A DNA stretch of 64,000 bases from Lama glama (taxonomy: Eukaryota), in the NCBI GenBank assembly GCA_028534125.1, contig CM052817.1, forward strand, positions 7,628,001 to 7,692,000, written 5' to 3'. Numbering within the stretch: the stretch's first letter is position 1; each line of letters begins with the position of its first letter. The translations under genes and the position numbers were made by a program. Positions 26,871 to 39,910 of the stretch are shown here, one piece after another. The notes below the pieces were generated by a model. That model made no database searches, was not told the origin of the DNA, and was given only the letters and a program-made list of their open reading frames with translations.

Positions 26871-26920
26871 GGCATCATCTTGCCTCCAGGTTGCCGAGAT
26901 CCCTGTTCCTGCACCTCCGG

Positions 26921-27277
26921 TGTTATGCACCCTCCCCCACCAAATTCACGGGTTGAAGTCCTCACCCCCAGTACTTCCAAATACGACTGTGTCTGGAGAT
27001 GGGGTCTTTAAAGAGGTACTTAAGATAAAATGAGGTTATTCCTGGGGACCCTAATACAACATGGCTGGTCTCCTTATCAGAAGAGGAGATTGGGACGGAT
27101 AAACACAGAGGAAAGGCCATGTGAGGGCACAGGAGGCGACGACCATGGACAAGCCACGCTGAGGGCTCCCGGGGGAAGCCGACCCTACCAACGCCCTGAT
27201 CTCAGGTTTGCAGCCCCCAGGACTGTGAGACGATGCATTTCGGTTGCCGGGCTGTGGCAGCCCTAGCCGACTGGTAC
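26921..27277 (+). mobile_element. MaLR LTR (MLT1B-like)
   Basis: aaattcacgggttgaagtcctcacccccagtac..tggagatggggtctttaaagagg..cagcccccaggactgtgagacgatgcatttc. Confidence 0.9.
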
Positions 27278-29008
27278 CTCCAGTCTGAGTCTACAGCCAT
27301 AAATAAGCCCCCAACCTCAGGTCGCAAAATCCCGTTGAAAGACGGGGTTGGTAATGCCCAAGGCTCAGGAGGACACATAAGGAAACAGAAGCTGCGATTA
27401 CGAGCAGGAAGCCAGTCAAATAAGCCCGGGGGTGAGAAAGCAAAGTCCAACCGGTCCCTATGTCAGTGGATGAACCAGAAAGGTCGCCGGCTCTGGGTCA
27501 GAGGTCAGAGTGTAACCCCACCTGCACCGGGTTTAGCTGTGGAGACTTCGATAGCCATTTATTTTTATATGCTTCAACCTTGCTTGGTGAATTCACCTAT
27601 CTTCCACACCGGGCCATCCTTAACAACCTAAAGCTGATTAACAAGCCTCACACATTAAGCTCAAGTTCCTGGTTTCCTTCACTTACTGGTTTATACTAGA
27701 CCAATTGTTAAGCGGTCCTCAGATGTGTAGAACTTTGAGGTTCCATCTGGGGTTATTCTCAAGCCTTCAATTCAGAGTTAAGAGAAAAGATAAACTTGCC
27801 TCTCAGTGAACATCACTATTATTACAGAAGAGAAGAGGTGTCCCAGGGTCACAGCGAAGGGGCCATTCGTCTTGGTGTTTTCTACTCAGATATCTTACAG
27901 GGGAGCAGACAATAAATAATGTTTTAATGAATAGCCAAACTGCATCCCGCGTGTTTTTACATAGTTGATGTAAAATAAATGTTGAACTGAATGATGTACA
28001 TAACCCTTGAGCTCATATTTTCAGGAAAAAAAAATTCTTTCTGGAGACACAACAATACGTTTGTTGAGAATTCATAGTCAACCTCACTCATCAGCACAAA
28101 AATCGGTGCTACCCTAATGTCATCCGTAGCAAGTGGGCCTAAAACTTCTCAAATTTTGTTCCTGATCTGCTCTGCTTTAACAAGCATCTTTCCTTCTAAC
28201 TTAGGGAGTGTAGAGGAGTTCCTATGCTTATTTAAGGACAAGTCTGACATTTTATGTGTTGCTAATTTCTTATTAATTTCCTATCAAAATCATTTGCTAC
28301 CTACCTTGTGAGTTTTGGGAACTAATTAACGTGTTTCAAATGCTGTAAGTTTCTGAGGTGGAGTCCCATAAAAATTTCATGTTGTTATTATATCCTGATT
28401 CAATAAAAATTGTCAGAAAAAAAGGTGCCTTTGGAGGGCACTATAATGCCTCTGGGACTTGATCACAAATGCAAAGTAAATCCTATCCTGCATTTTCCCC
28501 TGGTACATTTAAGAATCCTACAGGCCAGCCTCACATGGGGAAAGGTCTTGAGTTTGATGCTTAAAGAGCTCTGCGTCCACATCCAAGTTTGGTAACTAAA
28601 GTGACTCAGAGGTGTTACTTCACATGTGTCGGCCTCAGTTTCCATTTTCTTAACTGGTAAGTTGAAAATCGTAATAAAATCAACCTCACAGGACCACTGT
28701 GCAAAGCAGTGCCTGAGGGTGCTGCTTACATGGCAGATCGGAGTGTGTGACCCCCTCCCGGTGTAGAAGCAGGGCTGTTAAGCAAAAACTTACAGCTGTT
28801 ACTTAGTAGTCATTAGCCCCTCCTTTAGATCCAGGAGTGGTGGCCATTTGACTAAGTCCTCAAGTCTATGTTAAGCACTCACTATGTCGTGGCTGCCCTC
28901 AGAAGCTCCTAAATTAGCCCAGAAGGAAGCTTAGCAACAGGGCAGTGCCTTCAAAGCTGTGTTAACTATTTTAGGCAATGGGGTCCAAGCAGCACATAAA
29001 AATAGAAA

Positions 29009-29011
<3 letters not shown>

Positions 29012-29052
<41 letters not shown>
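29012..29052. repeat. (CA)~20 microsatellite within an L2-like remnant
   Basis: Direct observation. Confidence 0.95.
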
Positions 29053-29056
<4 letters not shown>

Positions 29057-30639
29057 CCCTTGCAAAGCTTACAGCTCAGCGGAGAAGACAGACGTACACC
29101 AGGTGAATGAGAGAATATATAACATGGTAATAGTGATCAGTGCTAAGGTGAGAAAGACGAGAAAATGAACCCAGAGTGCCGGGGTGGGTGATGGGTGGCA
29201 ATTTCAGTGGTACAGCCAGAGGTACCTCACCAGCAAGATGGCACTGATGTGAGTGTATGAAGGAAGTGAGGTCTTCAATCGTATGTCACCTTCTCGGTGA
29301 CAGGTTATGACAAGTGCCATAAGACACTGCCAAGAGAGTGGAACCGTATCAGAGGTCCTGGCGTGGGGGAGGCGGTGTTCCCTTCACAGTGCCCACGTCA
29401 CACCCGTTCATTCGCCCCCGGAAAAGAGTCAGGGCTGTTTTAGAACCTGTTCTCTGTGCTCACCCGGTGGCCAGTAACACCGGGAGCTAATAGTGGGGAA
29501 GGGCTTTGAAGACTGTGTTCACTTCATGGCTGCAGGATCCGTACCTGAAATATTTAAAAGCGCACAGTTAGGTTGGTAATGTTGAGAACATCAGGTTCAT
29601 CCTCCCCATCGTGGTAACCCTGGGGTTTTCAAACACATCTGCATGCAACTTGCTGAGCTTGGGGGCCTGGAGGGACTTCTGAAGACCAGTCTAACGTGGC
29701 CAGTCTGTGCTGTGAAACGGACCCAGGGCGCACGGCCAGAGAGCCACAGAAAGTAAGCGCTCGGAAGCAAAGCACCCGTTCTCTCCGGTTTTCCTCTGGA
29801 AAAATTTGTGTGGCTCAGACATCCCATCCCCATAGGGGACTCAACCCTGGAGGATAACACACAAGACGTGACAGATTTCAGCTTCCTCGTTCCTTCAGCC
29901 GAAGCCGGCTCTGCCGTCCGCTGAGCTGTCCCACCTGGGCCTGCAGGAGTTGTGAGAAAGAACCGGTTATAAGAAATTTCCCCTTAGGGTTGGGTGGCCT
30001 GTGCAGCTGGGGTTTCTGTACAGCACGACTGTGGTTTCTGCGAGCTCTGAAGATTGCCAGAATGCTTGCAGGGATTAAAAACAGGAAATCCAATGATCCA
30101 CATAAATGATATTTTCCTAATGGTAATATTCCACGCATTTAAAGGACACAAACCCTGGAATTGTGCAGGGGGACGGGACCCCTCCTGGTCTTCCTTTCCT
30201 GTCAATAACTCCACTATGTGAGTCCGATGTCATTTTTTTTACACCCACTCAACGTGGGACATGTCAACTTATGCAGTTTGGGCACTCAGAGTGTTGTGTT
30301 TCCTGCTTGTCCCAAACTTGTGGGGTCATTCCATGGATGACCGCACACCAAAGCAGTTTCAGAGGTGTGCAGATAAATTTCAAATTTGTTACACTATCAA
30401 GTGTCCCCGTCTCAGAATTTTGTGTTCGACTTTATTATCCGGACAGTTCCCTGGGAGTCTACGGAGCAGACATCCTGGAGGGTCCTCTGGGGATGAGTGA
30501 AGGGGGAAAGCTGTGCACCCGACTTGCTGCTAGCTTTTTATCCAGCACGCAATTCGATTCAAAGTATCTCATTCTCTGACAGGAGTAAAGTAAAAGCCAG
30601 CAGAAAATTTCCAAAGGCCAATTTGTACACACGATCAAG

Positions 30640-31075
30640 AGCCCTGAAAAATATTTTTGTTCTTTAAATTAGCTAATCCGTTAGAAATCAGCCCTATAGA
30701 AGTTCTTAGAGGTATGTGTATAAAGATTTTCATTGTACCACTAGTCACGTTCTAAGAAAAATGGGAAAAATAAAAATATTCAATTAAGGGGAATAATGAA
30801 TGAATTTTGATCCATCAATAAAAGGCGTGATTACATAACCACGAAAATACATTTTTCAAGACTATACAACACCAAAAAAGGTTATTTGTTATAAATAGCA
30901 TTGTAGGAAAAAATCGATACAAAATTATACGTGCATAGAAAGATTTCACATTTTTGTCCTTGACAGAGGGTACGTATACACAGCTGTACGTCTATTCACG
31001 TATTCAGAAGATCTCTGGGTGGTACTGTCTCTGGGTGGTACTGTCAGTGATATGCATTTTATTCTTGAATGGAAC
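30640..31075 (+). mobile_element. Ancient L1ME-like 3' fragment
   Basis: aaagattttcattgtacc..aataatgaatgaattttgatccatc..tctctgggtggt..gtgatatgcattttattctt. Confidence 0.55.
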
Positions 31076-31149
31076 TGTTCTTTTTCCCTCAGTACAAAAC
31101 ATCATATTACATCATACTATGCCACGCTGTCTCACAGTGATGTGACTCT

Positions 31150-31372
31150 GGGATAGGCGCACTACAGACCACGGTCCACATCCAGCCCATGGTCTGTTTT
31201 TGTCAATAAAGTTTTATTGGAACACAGCCACAGTCATTTATTTACATATTGTCTCTAGCTGCTTTGGGGCAACAAGAGAGTTGAGTAATGGTCACAGAGG
31301 CCGTATGACTCAGTCTTAAAGCTTAAAACTTGTACTCTATGGCCCTTAGAAAAAAATTTGCCAGTCTGATCC
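31150..31372. mobile_element. MER58A-like hAT element
   Basis: tgtttttgtcaataaagttttattggaacacagccacagtcatttatttacatattgtct. Confidence 0.9.
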
Positions 31373-31387
31373 GGGATATAAATGGGA

Positions 31388-31580
31388 ATCAACGATTCTC
31401 AGCAGAGGAGATTTCAAGCCTATAGGCACCATTTGTCAATGTCTGGAAATAATTTTGGATGTCATAACTGGGAATGCTGGTGGTGGCCACCGTAATTTGA
31501 TAGATAGCGCAGGACAACTCCCCACAACAAAGAACTGTCTGCCCCGGGACGTTAACAGCGCTGAATGTGAGCTACTCTGA
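31388..31580. mobile_element. MER20 hAT element
   Basis: catttgtcaatgtctggaaataattttggatgtcataactggg..caggacaactccccacaacaaagaact. Confidence 0.9.
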
Positions 31581-32539
31581 TGCAAATGAACAGTGAAGCC
31601 ATTCTAATATGCCCATCAGATTACGAGATCTGATCAACCCAAGCCTTGTGAGATGCTTTCGTGAGAGGAACTTTTCACCTTTACTGGTGACAACTGAATT
31701 TAGTCCTTTGCCCTCTTGTGCCTTTTTAGAGAATATGTCCCTCGTGTTTATTGCCACCATTTAGTCAATGCTCTTGTTTCTGATCTGAGGAAATCAGGTT
31801 ATTTTAGGAATAGGTGATCTCCGGAAATAAAATGTTACAATCACAGTACGTAGAGTTCCTTCTGTACATTTTGGAAAAGTAGAGGGAAGAAGTATTTAAA
31901 AGCTTTAAGATCCCTTTAAATGTTTTGGGCCCCCATCTTGTTCTCAAGGAAGTTGAAATATCTATTTTGAAAGAACAAAGAGAGGCTGAAGCAACCGCTG
32001 GTGTATCATTTTGAGCAACCTTTATAAAGGTTGATCAGACTCAATGATCTTACTTTACGGTGGAAGGATTGGTGACTGTGGTTCTCGGACTATGTGCGTG
32101 AAGCCTGGGGGAAGTGGTCGCAAGTTCTGCTGGAGCTCAGCTACCCCTGTCTATGGATACGACTTAAGGACTCGTCCATATTTCGGATAACATGCATGTA
32201 ACTCTCTCAGTCTCCGTCTTAATGAGGTGATCGATCTTCTGTGAGGCTGAATGAATACATAGTTCTGAAAGAATTAAAACTAAAGCAAGCAACAGATTAT
32301 TCACCAACACTCACTACCCTCAGGTCTGAGTAGATCTTGAGACACCAGGGTCTCAGGGCAGACCCACAGCTGCCGAGCTCTGTGCCCAAGTTAAGCCCAA
32401 GTACAATATGAACAACTTCCTCCTCTGTTCACTGAAGATCATGAAAGCATGCACATAAATTTGAGTAAGGAGTAGTAAGTTACAGAGCTACAAATACAGA
32501 CATCGATGTAGACGGGCATCGTTTGGCATAGAGCCCAGC

Positions 32540-32730
32540 TCGCAGTAAGCCTCAAGGGCTCTATGAGCACTATCATTTACCATTTTCCTAATGTTCAAAA
32601 TGATTCGGCAAGGGCACCTATTAGACCTATATGTAAGTTGTAGACACTGAAACTCAAGGAGATTAAGCAGTTTACCAGAGTTTACACAGCTAATAAAGAA
32701 TGAGGTCAACACACCACCATTTTACTCCAA
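32540..32730 (-). mobile_element. MIR SINE
   Basis: actgaaactcaaggagattaagcagtttaccagagtttacacagctaataa. Confidence 0.7.
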
Positions 32731-34553
32731 AAGCCTGGAAAGGCAAAAATAAATAATAAATAAATAAATAAATAACAGTATCAGAGGAGTTCCAGCAGCC
32801 CAATGAGATGACAACCCACGATGAACTGCTGAAGGAGTTCTCGGGAACTTCCTGAACTCGTGTTTGGCGGTTCGACCCCGTCCACACACCCGCCTCCCCA
32901 GCCTGGGCCCATGGTGAGCACAGTCTGGCGTGGCCATTCTCGTGGTCTTAGTCTGCCCTGGGTTGAGATGACTTCACTCTACGTGCCTTGCCCTCATTTC
33001 AAAGGCTCCGAAGGCCCTCATTTTCAGGTTACAAAAACAGTCCTAAAAATCAACTTCTGCCAAATCACAAGTAATTGAGCAAATTATGCTTCCTAATCAC
33101 CCATCTTTCTTTGCATCTCAGCCGTCAAACCCTTCTGCTGACATGTTCCTGGGGCCCCCGGCTTTTCAGCCTCTTCTCTGGTGTCATTCTAACTGACACT
33201 AATGGCTTCACCGAAATTCAGGCATCACAAAGGTCTCACCCATCAGTTTATCCTCTGACCCTGAGCGTGGGCTTCTCCGTCAAGTTCAGGCATCACTAAT
33301 TCACCTACTGGTTAGTCTGGATGGCTTATTTTGTCTGCACCTTTTCTTCTTCCACTAAGAACTAAAATGACGACCAGCTGCATCCATTAAAGTACCCCTT
33401 CCCCTCCCTGACCCATCAACCTGCCATGTGGGGCCACGTCTGTACTCCTAATGGACCTCTGCTGGTCGTCCTCCCCAGAGTGACCTGCAGCGTGCAGGGC
33501 CATCCCTGTGGTGCCCTCCCCCTACACCAGCCCTTTCCTCCTCACACCTGGGAGGTGAAAAGCCAGACTCCTTTGCCGAGACCTCAATTTCTTCACATTT
33601 GTTTCTGTCTCACGGTGAAAGAACAGACAGGTGATGAGAGTGAGGTCACAGACAGCGCTGTCAAAAAGTAAAAAGCGGGGGCCCTTGGAGGGGACAAGGC
33701 TTAAGAGGATTTTTTGTTCTTTGTCTGCCCAAAGTAATCCTTCCAAAGCCATGCCATAAACAAAACATCCTCTTTCCTGGAGGGAGAAATGCATCAGATA
33801 CCTGTAAGACATGGTGACTGTACCCTTCTCTCCCGTAGGCAGCCTGTGCAGCGGACCTCGTCTTCTCCTTTCAAACCCAGAGCAGCAGATCCAGGTCTTG
33901 GCCAGAAGCGCTGAGGTCTTTCCATTCTTGTGCAGTATCACTATAAGCCCCAATATCTTCCCTGAAAAACATCACACGGTGGAGAGTATGCAGATTATTT
34001 TGTCCTCAGAATATCAACCCTCTGTAGTAGCCTTTTAGGGTAAATGGTCCCCAAATACAAAGAGAGTTACCATGTAAGGGTTACTGGCATCTCATGGACT
34101 AGGAAGACCATGAACTCGGGGTCTGAGTTGCAACCCATATGGCAGCACTGCAATTTAGCCGGCAGAATCGAGGACGCCGTATTTCTGCTGGTTCTTTCAG
34201 AAGGAAAATCATTGAGTCCGATGACTGAGGAAAAGGTGTGGGAAAAGGTATTCAGGGAAAGCAAAGGTCAGGAGCAACAACAGGCAGACTGCTGCAGACC
34301 TTCCCTGCTGACTCTGCTCCAGCCTTAGAGAGAAAATCAGGAACCGCAAGAAGGCACTGGGGCTTCAGACTCAGGAAGGACTGGATTCTCAGCTTAACCT
34401 CACCACTAACTTGAGCAAATCGCCAGACTGTTCTGAATGGATTATCTTCCATGTCAAGTGAGTATTGATACCTATAAGGTTTTATTCATTTCATTTATGT
34501 CTCACAACAGCCCTAAAGTCAAATACTCTTATAATCACCCTTGTATTACCCAG

Positions 34554-35080
34554 TGTCGACGGAATAAACGCGCAGCCTAGAAGTTGAGGGTTATGTTTTA
34601 TTTGCAGGACATTTCTGAGGACTCGAACCCCTTCGAGCTGGGATGACAGCCTCCCAGATCGCTCCGAGGGACGGCTCCGAAGAGGTAGCGGAGGAGCTAG
34701 GATGTATAGGAGCTTTACAACCAGGTAGTTGGAACAATAAAAGATTATTCGTTAACTAAAGAAAACCAAAAAACAAAACAAAAAAAAAAACCAAAAACAA
34801 AACCAAGCATCTCAAGTTAAAAAGTTTAGTGGTTTTTTCTGTACGGGAGGAAGCAAACATTTGGGCTCATTGAATTCATTCCTTTGACAAGCACCTAGCT
34901 ATCTGGGACCAGTCTCCTGTCCTTTCTTATTCTGAGTCCCCTCAGAGGGCACCACCGTGAGTGGCTGCAGAGGCTGGGCTGCAGGCTTGTCCTCACTGGG
35001 GGGTGGCGGCAGCCGCTGAGGACTTGATGGCTGCAGCATTCTTTGTTTACTGATAGGCTTTGCAGTATTTTTCATTCACA
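34554..35080 (-). mobile_element. ERV1-class solo LTR, CpG-rich and probably young, inserted in a MIR
   Basis: TG..CA termini (tgtcgac / ttcaca), minus-strand AATAAA near 34600, imperfect 4-bp TSD ccag/ccat, and MIR-like sequence on both flanks. Confidence 0.85.
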
Positions 35081-35410
35081 CCATGATATAGTTGAATTAT
35101 TAAGAAGCTAGCACGTGGTGGAATAAGATGCAGACCTTTGCAGATAAACCCCAGCACTAAAGTTCCTGCTGGCCCGCCCCCCCCCATACCTCCCAGCCTC
35201 TGAAGATGAATCAGATAGAGGAGGTGAAATCGTGGAGCTGCACCTGGGAGCTAGCATTGGTTTTGTAATATTTGCCTCCCCTCCTCCTCCTCGTTCACCA
35301 TTTTTTCTGCTGTCCCTTTCAGCGCTACTACTGCTAGCAAGAGTCTTCCCCGCAGAACCTTTATAAAATGCTTTCCTCTGAACTGGGGTTCAGCTGACTC
35401 CTTGTAGGCT

Positions 35411-35905
35411 TAGTACCAAGCAGGACCCTGTGGGGTCCTCCCTGGTGCAAATCCCTCCGTGTTCCCCATTTGTAGGAAATAGGCTTCATTCAGCCTCCTT
35501 GACCTTCCCTGAGTTCCAAAGGGCAGATTCAAACAGTTGCTAATCAGGGAAGGGAGGGGATGCAGAAACAAGGGAGGAACAATCAAGAAACAATAGTGCA
35601 GCCTTGGGGCACGGTCCTGATTACCAAGGCTGTTGCCCCAGGATCCCACACCTCTTCCTCCCTAGAACAGAAACCAGTTACTCTTACCTAAGTCTCTGGA
35701 GGGACAGAAAAGAAAGAAGAACCAGCTAGAACCTGTGAAGTCCAGATGGCAGAGGATTTGACTTCCAGTGGACCTTGAGCCTCAGTATATATACACTTAT
35801 TGTAATGCAAAGTGACACACCCACCAGCGCCATGATAGTTGACAATCGCCATGACAACCAGAAAAGCCCACTTACGAGGGTGGAAAAGAAAGGTGATTGG
35901 TTCCG
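35411..35905 (+). mobile_element. ERV1 LTR, MER41-like, 3'-truncated
   Basis: gacacacccaccagcgccatgatagttgacaatcgccatgacaac resembles the MER41 core as I recall it. Shares gatttgacttcc and ccatga(c/t)agt blocks with the LTR at 43509. Confidence 0.7.
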
Positions 35906-36479
35906 TCGTACCCTGAGGGAGGACGTGATGGCAGAAGCCCAAGTGGCAGCTGGAGCTGTCTCTACCCGCCACCCTAGACGACAGCTCCCCCCATCGAGTG
36001 ATCTTCTTCCCTTCTTCCTGCTCAAGCCCTTTCCTTCCGTTGCCCCTTCTGAGCAGTAAGGGAGCAAATTTTATCATAGCCGGTGGCAAGGACCAACACT
36101 TCGGTGGGCTTTCTAATTTAGGGGGTCCCTCCACCCACCAACAGGCTGATATCTGTGGTGGACTCAATTGTTGCCTTTCCCCATGAAATAGTTCTGCTTA
36201 ATGGATGGGAATGGAGACAGAGACACATTTATCCCGAGAGCTTGGTTACAAATCAAGTAAGAATTAATTCATTAATCTGATTAACCCCCCCAAACATTTC
36301 TTAAGAATAAAATTCCAGTCATGACTCCTAAAGGCAAAGAACTTACAGCAGTAATAGGGGGCATGAGGCTTATACAGGAAAACGCACGCGTACATATAAA
36401 TGAGAGGGCTCACCTCGGGGAAGAGAGAAATGATAAAGAGGCAGAGGCAGCAAGACATATAAAGAGATTTCTGCCATAA

Positions 36480-36850
36480 ACTCGGAAAGAGGTGAGGTCA
36501 TAGTAGTGATGATGGAGCGAGGTAGAGTGATCTGAGGAATAATGAGAACTTAGAAGTCTGGGGAAAAGGAGCCCCCCCAAAAAAAGGAAAAGAAAAAAGG
36601 AGAATGAGAGAGGAATGATGGATGCCACAAGGCTCTGGTTTAGGAAATTAGGCGGATTCGCTGAAATAAGGCATCATTGGAACCACATTTTGGGCAGGGG
36701 TGCGGGAAGGTGGTGAGTTCTGCTTTTGGCATCTTCAGTGTGACACAAGTCTGGGCGTTTATGGAGGGGAGGTCCAGCAGCAGCCAGACGTTTGGGCCGG
36801 AGATCAGAAAGGAGGTTGGGCTAAAGATGGGAACAGGGCACCCACCAGTA
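36480..36850 (-). mobile_element. L2 LINE fragment
   Basis: gagttctgcttttggcatcttcagtgtga..gaggtccagcagcagccagacg..ggagatcagaaaggaggttgggctaaagat. Confidence 0.7.
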
Positions 36851-37396
36851 AAGAGGAGGCTGTTGGCTTGAGCCTCATAAGCCCAGCTCTTTGGCACTTT
36901 CCAGGAATTAGCTATCTGTTTCTGTGTACAGACTGGCTCCAAGGAACGGTTAACATGAGGGATTGTCAAACAAAGTGCCTTGCAAAATGAAACTGTTGTA
37001 GGAAAACCAGCAGGTCCTCCCACTGATGACAGGGACAGTTATGTAACCCTCCGTGCTGGACAGGTCTGCTTTCTTCTTCTGAAGTGTGAATCCTCTCGGG
37101 CCTTCCCAGCCAAAGAACATCATTCTGCTTCACATTTTACCAAAGGCTTTTTAGCAAATAAGAAAGAAACTGCCAAATTGAGTTGTGAGAGCCTCATTGA
37201 ATTTGATAAATAGTTTTGCTTTCCTTTTCTGCCAACTGTTCCTTTCCGCAAAAAGGCTCAGCTTTATAAAATAGTAGAGACGGGACATTAATAATAGGGA
37301 TGCTAATGTCTGTGCTTACCATGTTTTCGAGACTTTGCTCAGCACTTGACTTGAATTATCCAGTTTAATCCTCACAAAAACTAAATGAGGTTGAAG

Positions 37397-37782
37397 CATC
37401 AGTTAGCTATTGCCACCATGATGCTATGTAACAAATCATCTCCAAACTCAGTCGCTTAAAACCACCATCACTTATCATCCCAGATCAGTGGGTTGGCTGG
37501 GATGCCTCTGTGGTTCTAGTCTGAGATTCTCCGGGCAGTTTCCCTTCTTACTGCAGGTCTGGGGTCAGCTGGGCCATTCCTGCTGCATATGTCTTCCTAC
37601 TGCAGTCCAGGCTGTAAGGACAGACGGTAGGACTAGGTACCCAGGAGGAATGCTAAGCTTGGAACAGGCACTCACTCCCTTACTCACGTGCTAGTGGCCA
37701 AAACAAGTAACACGCCAAGCTTCTGCCCATAATGGCACAGAAGGAAAAGGAAAGAACTGGGGCTAATTGCTTAATCTATTAC
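37397..37782 (-). mobile_element. MaLR LTR (MLT1H/I-like)
   Basis: catcagttagctattgcc..tgtaacaaatcatctccaaactcagtcgcttaaaacc..tggccaaaacaagtaac. Confidence 0.8.
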
Positions 37783-37854
37783 TGTCGGCTTCTTTATCAT
37801 CCCCATTTCACAGGAATAGAATTCTGTATGTAGAGATGTCAAGCTTAATGCTTC

Positions 37855-38340
37855 ATTGTTGCATTTATTCATTCATGTACTTATTTTTTTTTCTTTTTAT
37901 TAAAACAAAACACTTTTATGTTCCAGGTTATATTGCCAAACCTGCCAAGCCAGAAATTCATGACACAGTCCCTGTCTTTAAGGCTCCCACAGTGCATGCT
38001 GTGGGAGAGGCAAACTTGTAGATGCATCGTGGCTGCACAGGGGAGCAGTTTTGACAACAGATGCCTTTACAAGATGCTAGAGAAGGAGAGGATAACTCAC
38101 TCTGCCTGGCAGAGCTGGGAACGTCCCATGAGGGGAGGAGATGATGGAGATGGTGTCAGAACAAGGTCTTTGAGGAAGAAGAGGTGCTTTTTTCATAAAA
38201 GAAGAGAGTTGAGTAAATTGTAGACAGACTATATATTCTATAATTGGGGGTCTAGACAAATGAAAATCCATGAAAGTGTTACAAGCAGAGGAATGACATT
38301 CTTGCCGGGCTATAGAGTTTGAGTTGCAGGAAGCAAAGTG
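37855..38340 (-). mobile_element. L2 3' end remnant
   Basis: catttattcattcat..tatgttccaggt..gacacagtccctgtctttaaggctcccacagt. Confidence 0.7.
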
Positions 38341-38427
38341 TAAGAAGGGGAGACGTGCTGAAAATCATAATGAAGTGAGGTCTGAATGAGGGCACCAACT
38401 TTAGCGCTTGGGAATGCACAAATGTGG

Positions 38428-38550
38428 GCATGCACACACACACATGCACACACGTGAATGCATGCACAGAGAGACACACATACACACACATACACATACA
38501 CAGAGACACGCGTTTATGCACGTAGAACATACGTACATGCACACACACAG
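38428..38550. repeat. Imperfect (CA/TACA/TGCA)n simple repeat
   Basis: Direct observation. Confidence 0.9.
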
Positions 38551-39254
38551 GTCAACACTCCAAGCATAGATATTTTTAGATGGAGAAGAGAAAAGAAAAA
38601 AACATGGAAGCAATTTCAGCCACTTTTTCTAATTGCTCACCTGATGGTCCTGTGGGATAGGATTTCAGCCAGCGTGTCACACACAGTGACATTCACCCTG
38701 TGACCTCAACCACTTCTTTCCCTTTCTCAGGTATGTTTCACTCTCCCACAGAAACCTCCCTTACCCTCATCTCTGAACTCCGATTGGCACCTCGGAGGAT
38801 CAGTGCCTCAAAGAGGCTATGTCATAGGGTCAGAAGGACTTAGGAGTCTAAAATGTCACCTTGAGGTGCCCCATCAGGATGCTGGGGCTCAGCCCTGGAG
38901 CACCCCAGATCTCAGCTTCCTGAGCTGCAACACTGCACAGGAATGAAATTAACACCTAACTTTTCTGAGTGTGTGTTATGTGTCAGGTGTGGCCGTAAGC
39001 ACTTTATACACATCATCCTATCTCACAGCCCTAGAAAGTGGTCAGGAAAAAAAAAATCCAAAAAATAACCAAAAATTTAAAATGTTAATTTTTTTTCCTC
39101 AATAGTTATTGTTTATTAATTACCCAATTGTGTCTGATTCCAAAGTCCCCCAAAACTTTAATTAGACCAGACCCATTCCCAAGGGCCCGTGAGTCCTGAG
39201 CCTGAGCGTCTTGGTAAGCAGGCAGGCTGGCTGAGGAGAAAGTACGGGGCTGCA

Positions 39255-39415
39255 GAGATCCTGGCTTTGACTCCCAGCTCATCATATATCTCCTGGGCAG
39301 CCGTGGGCATGTCCCCTAACTTCTCTGAGCTTCAGTTCCGTGATATCTGAAGTGGAGATAATTAGAGCTCTTTGAAGGTACTGTGAGAATTGAAAGAAGT
39401 GACGTACAGAAAATG
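39255..39415 (+). mobile_element. MIR SINE
   Basis: taacttctctgagcttcagttccgtgatatctgaagtggagataatt. Confidence 0.8.
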
Positions 39416-39429
39416 TCATTTAATTCCAG

Positions 39430-39910
39430 CAGCACAACTTGATTTGGGGTTTGTACACATTGATTTCTTCATGGAGTTCTCCTGGGAAGAACTGAGAGGA
39501 GAGTGAGCAGCAGAACAGAAGACAGAGCTATGTAAGCAGGTGGGACACGTGGAGTCTGGCTTCAGCCTGAATCCCAGGGGAGCTGTGGAATATAAATAGC
39601 ACCACAGAGTCTGTCTTGCCTTAAGATAAAAGAGTGGGGCTTTACCCCTGCCCCAGTCAGTCAATGTCCTTTGGGCTCCAGCCTCCTCTGGGCAAGGTAG
39701 CTTAAATCACTGAAGGGCGAGCACGCAGAGAAGGTTGCAGGTGTGAGCCATTAGCAGGTGCACCTACAGGACCTTGAGATGAACACACTTACCCAACTGG
39801 CTGAGGGACCCTGGGGTATCTTATAGGGCACCAACAACATCTATTACAGTCCACCCCTTGTATTCTCCAGATTTGTTAATTCTCACACTAAGTTCATTTC
39901 ATCACACTGC
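39430..39910 (-). mobile_element. ERVL LTR (LTR16/LTR33-like) with adjacent internal/PPT fragment
   Basis: Minus strand reads ..aaggggtggac|tgtaatagatgttgttggtgccc, i.e. a polypurine tract followed by the LTR start at 39848. Confidence 0.75.

Noticed and set aside
31012..31045. 16-bp tandem duplication (similar ones at 48141-48168 and 5657-5672)
   Set aside because: Two-copy slippage duplications with no spacers; not CRISPR-like or a structured array.
35688..36186. Overlapping 94-159 aa ORFs
   Set aside because: They overlap an LTR; no gag/pol/env motifs.
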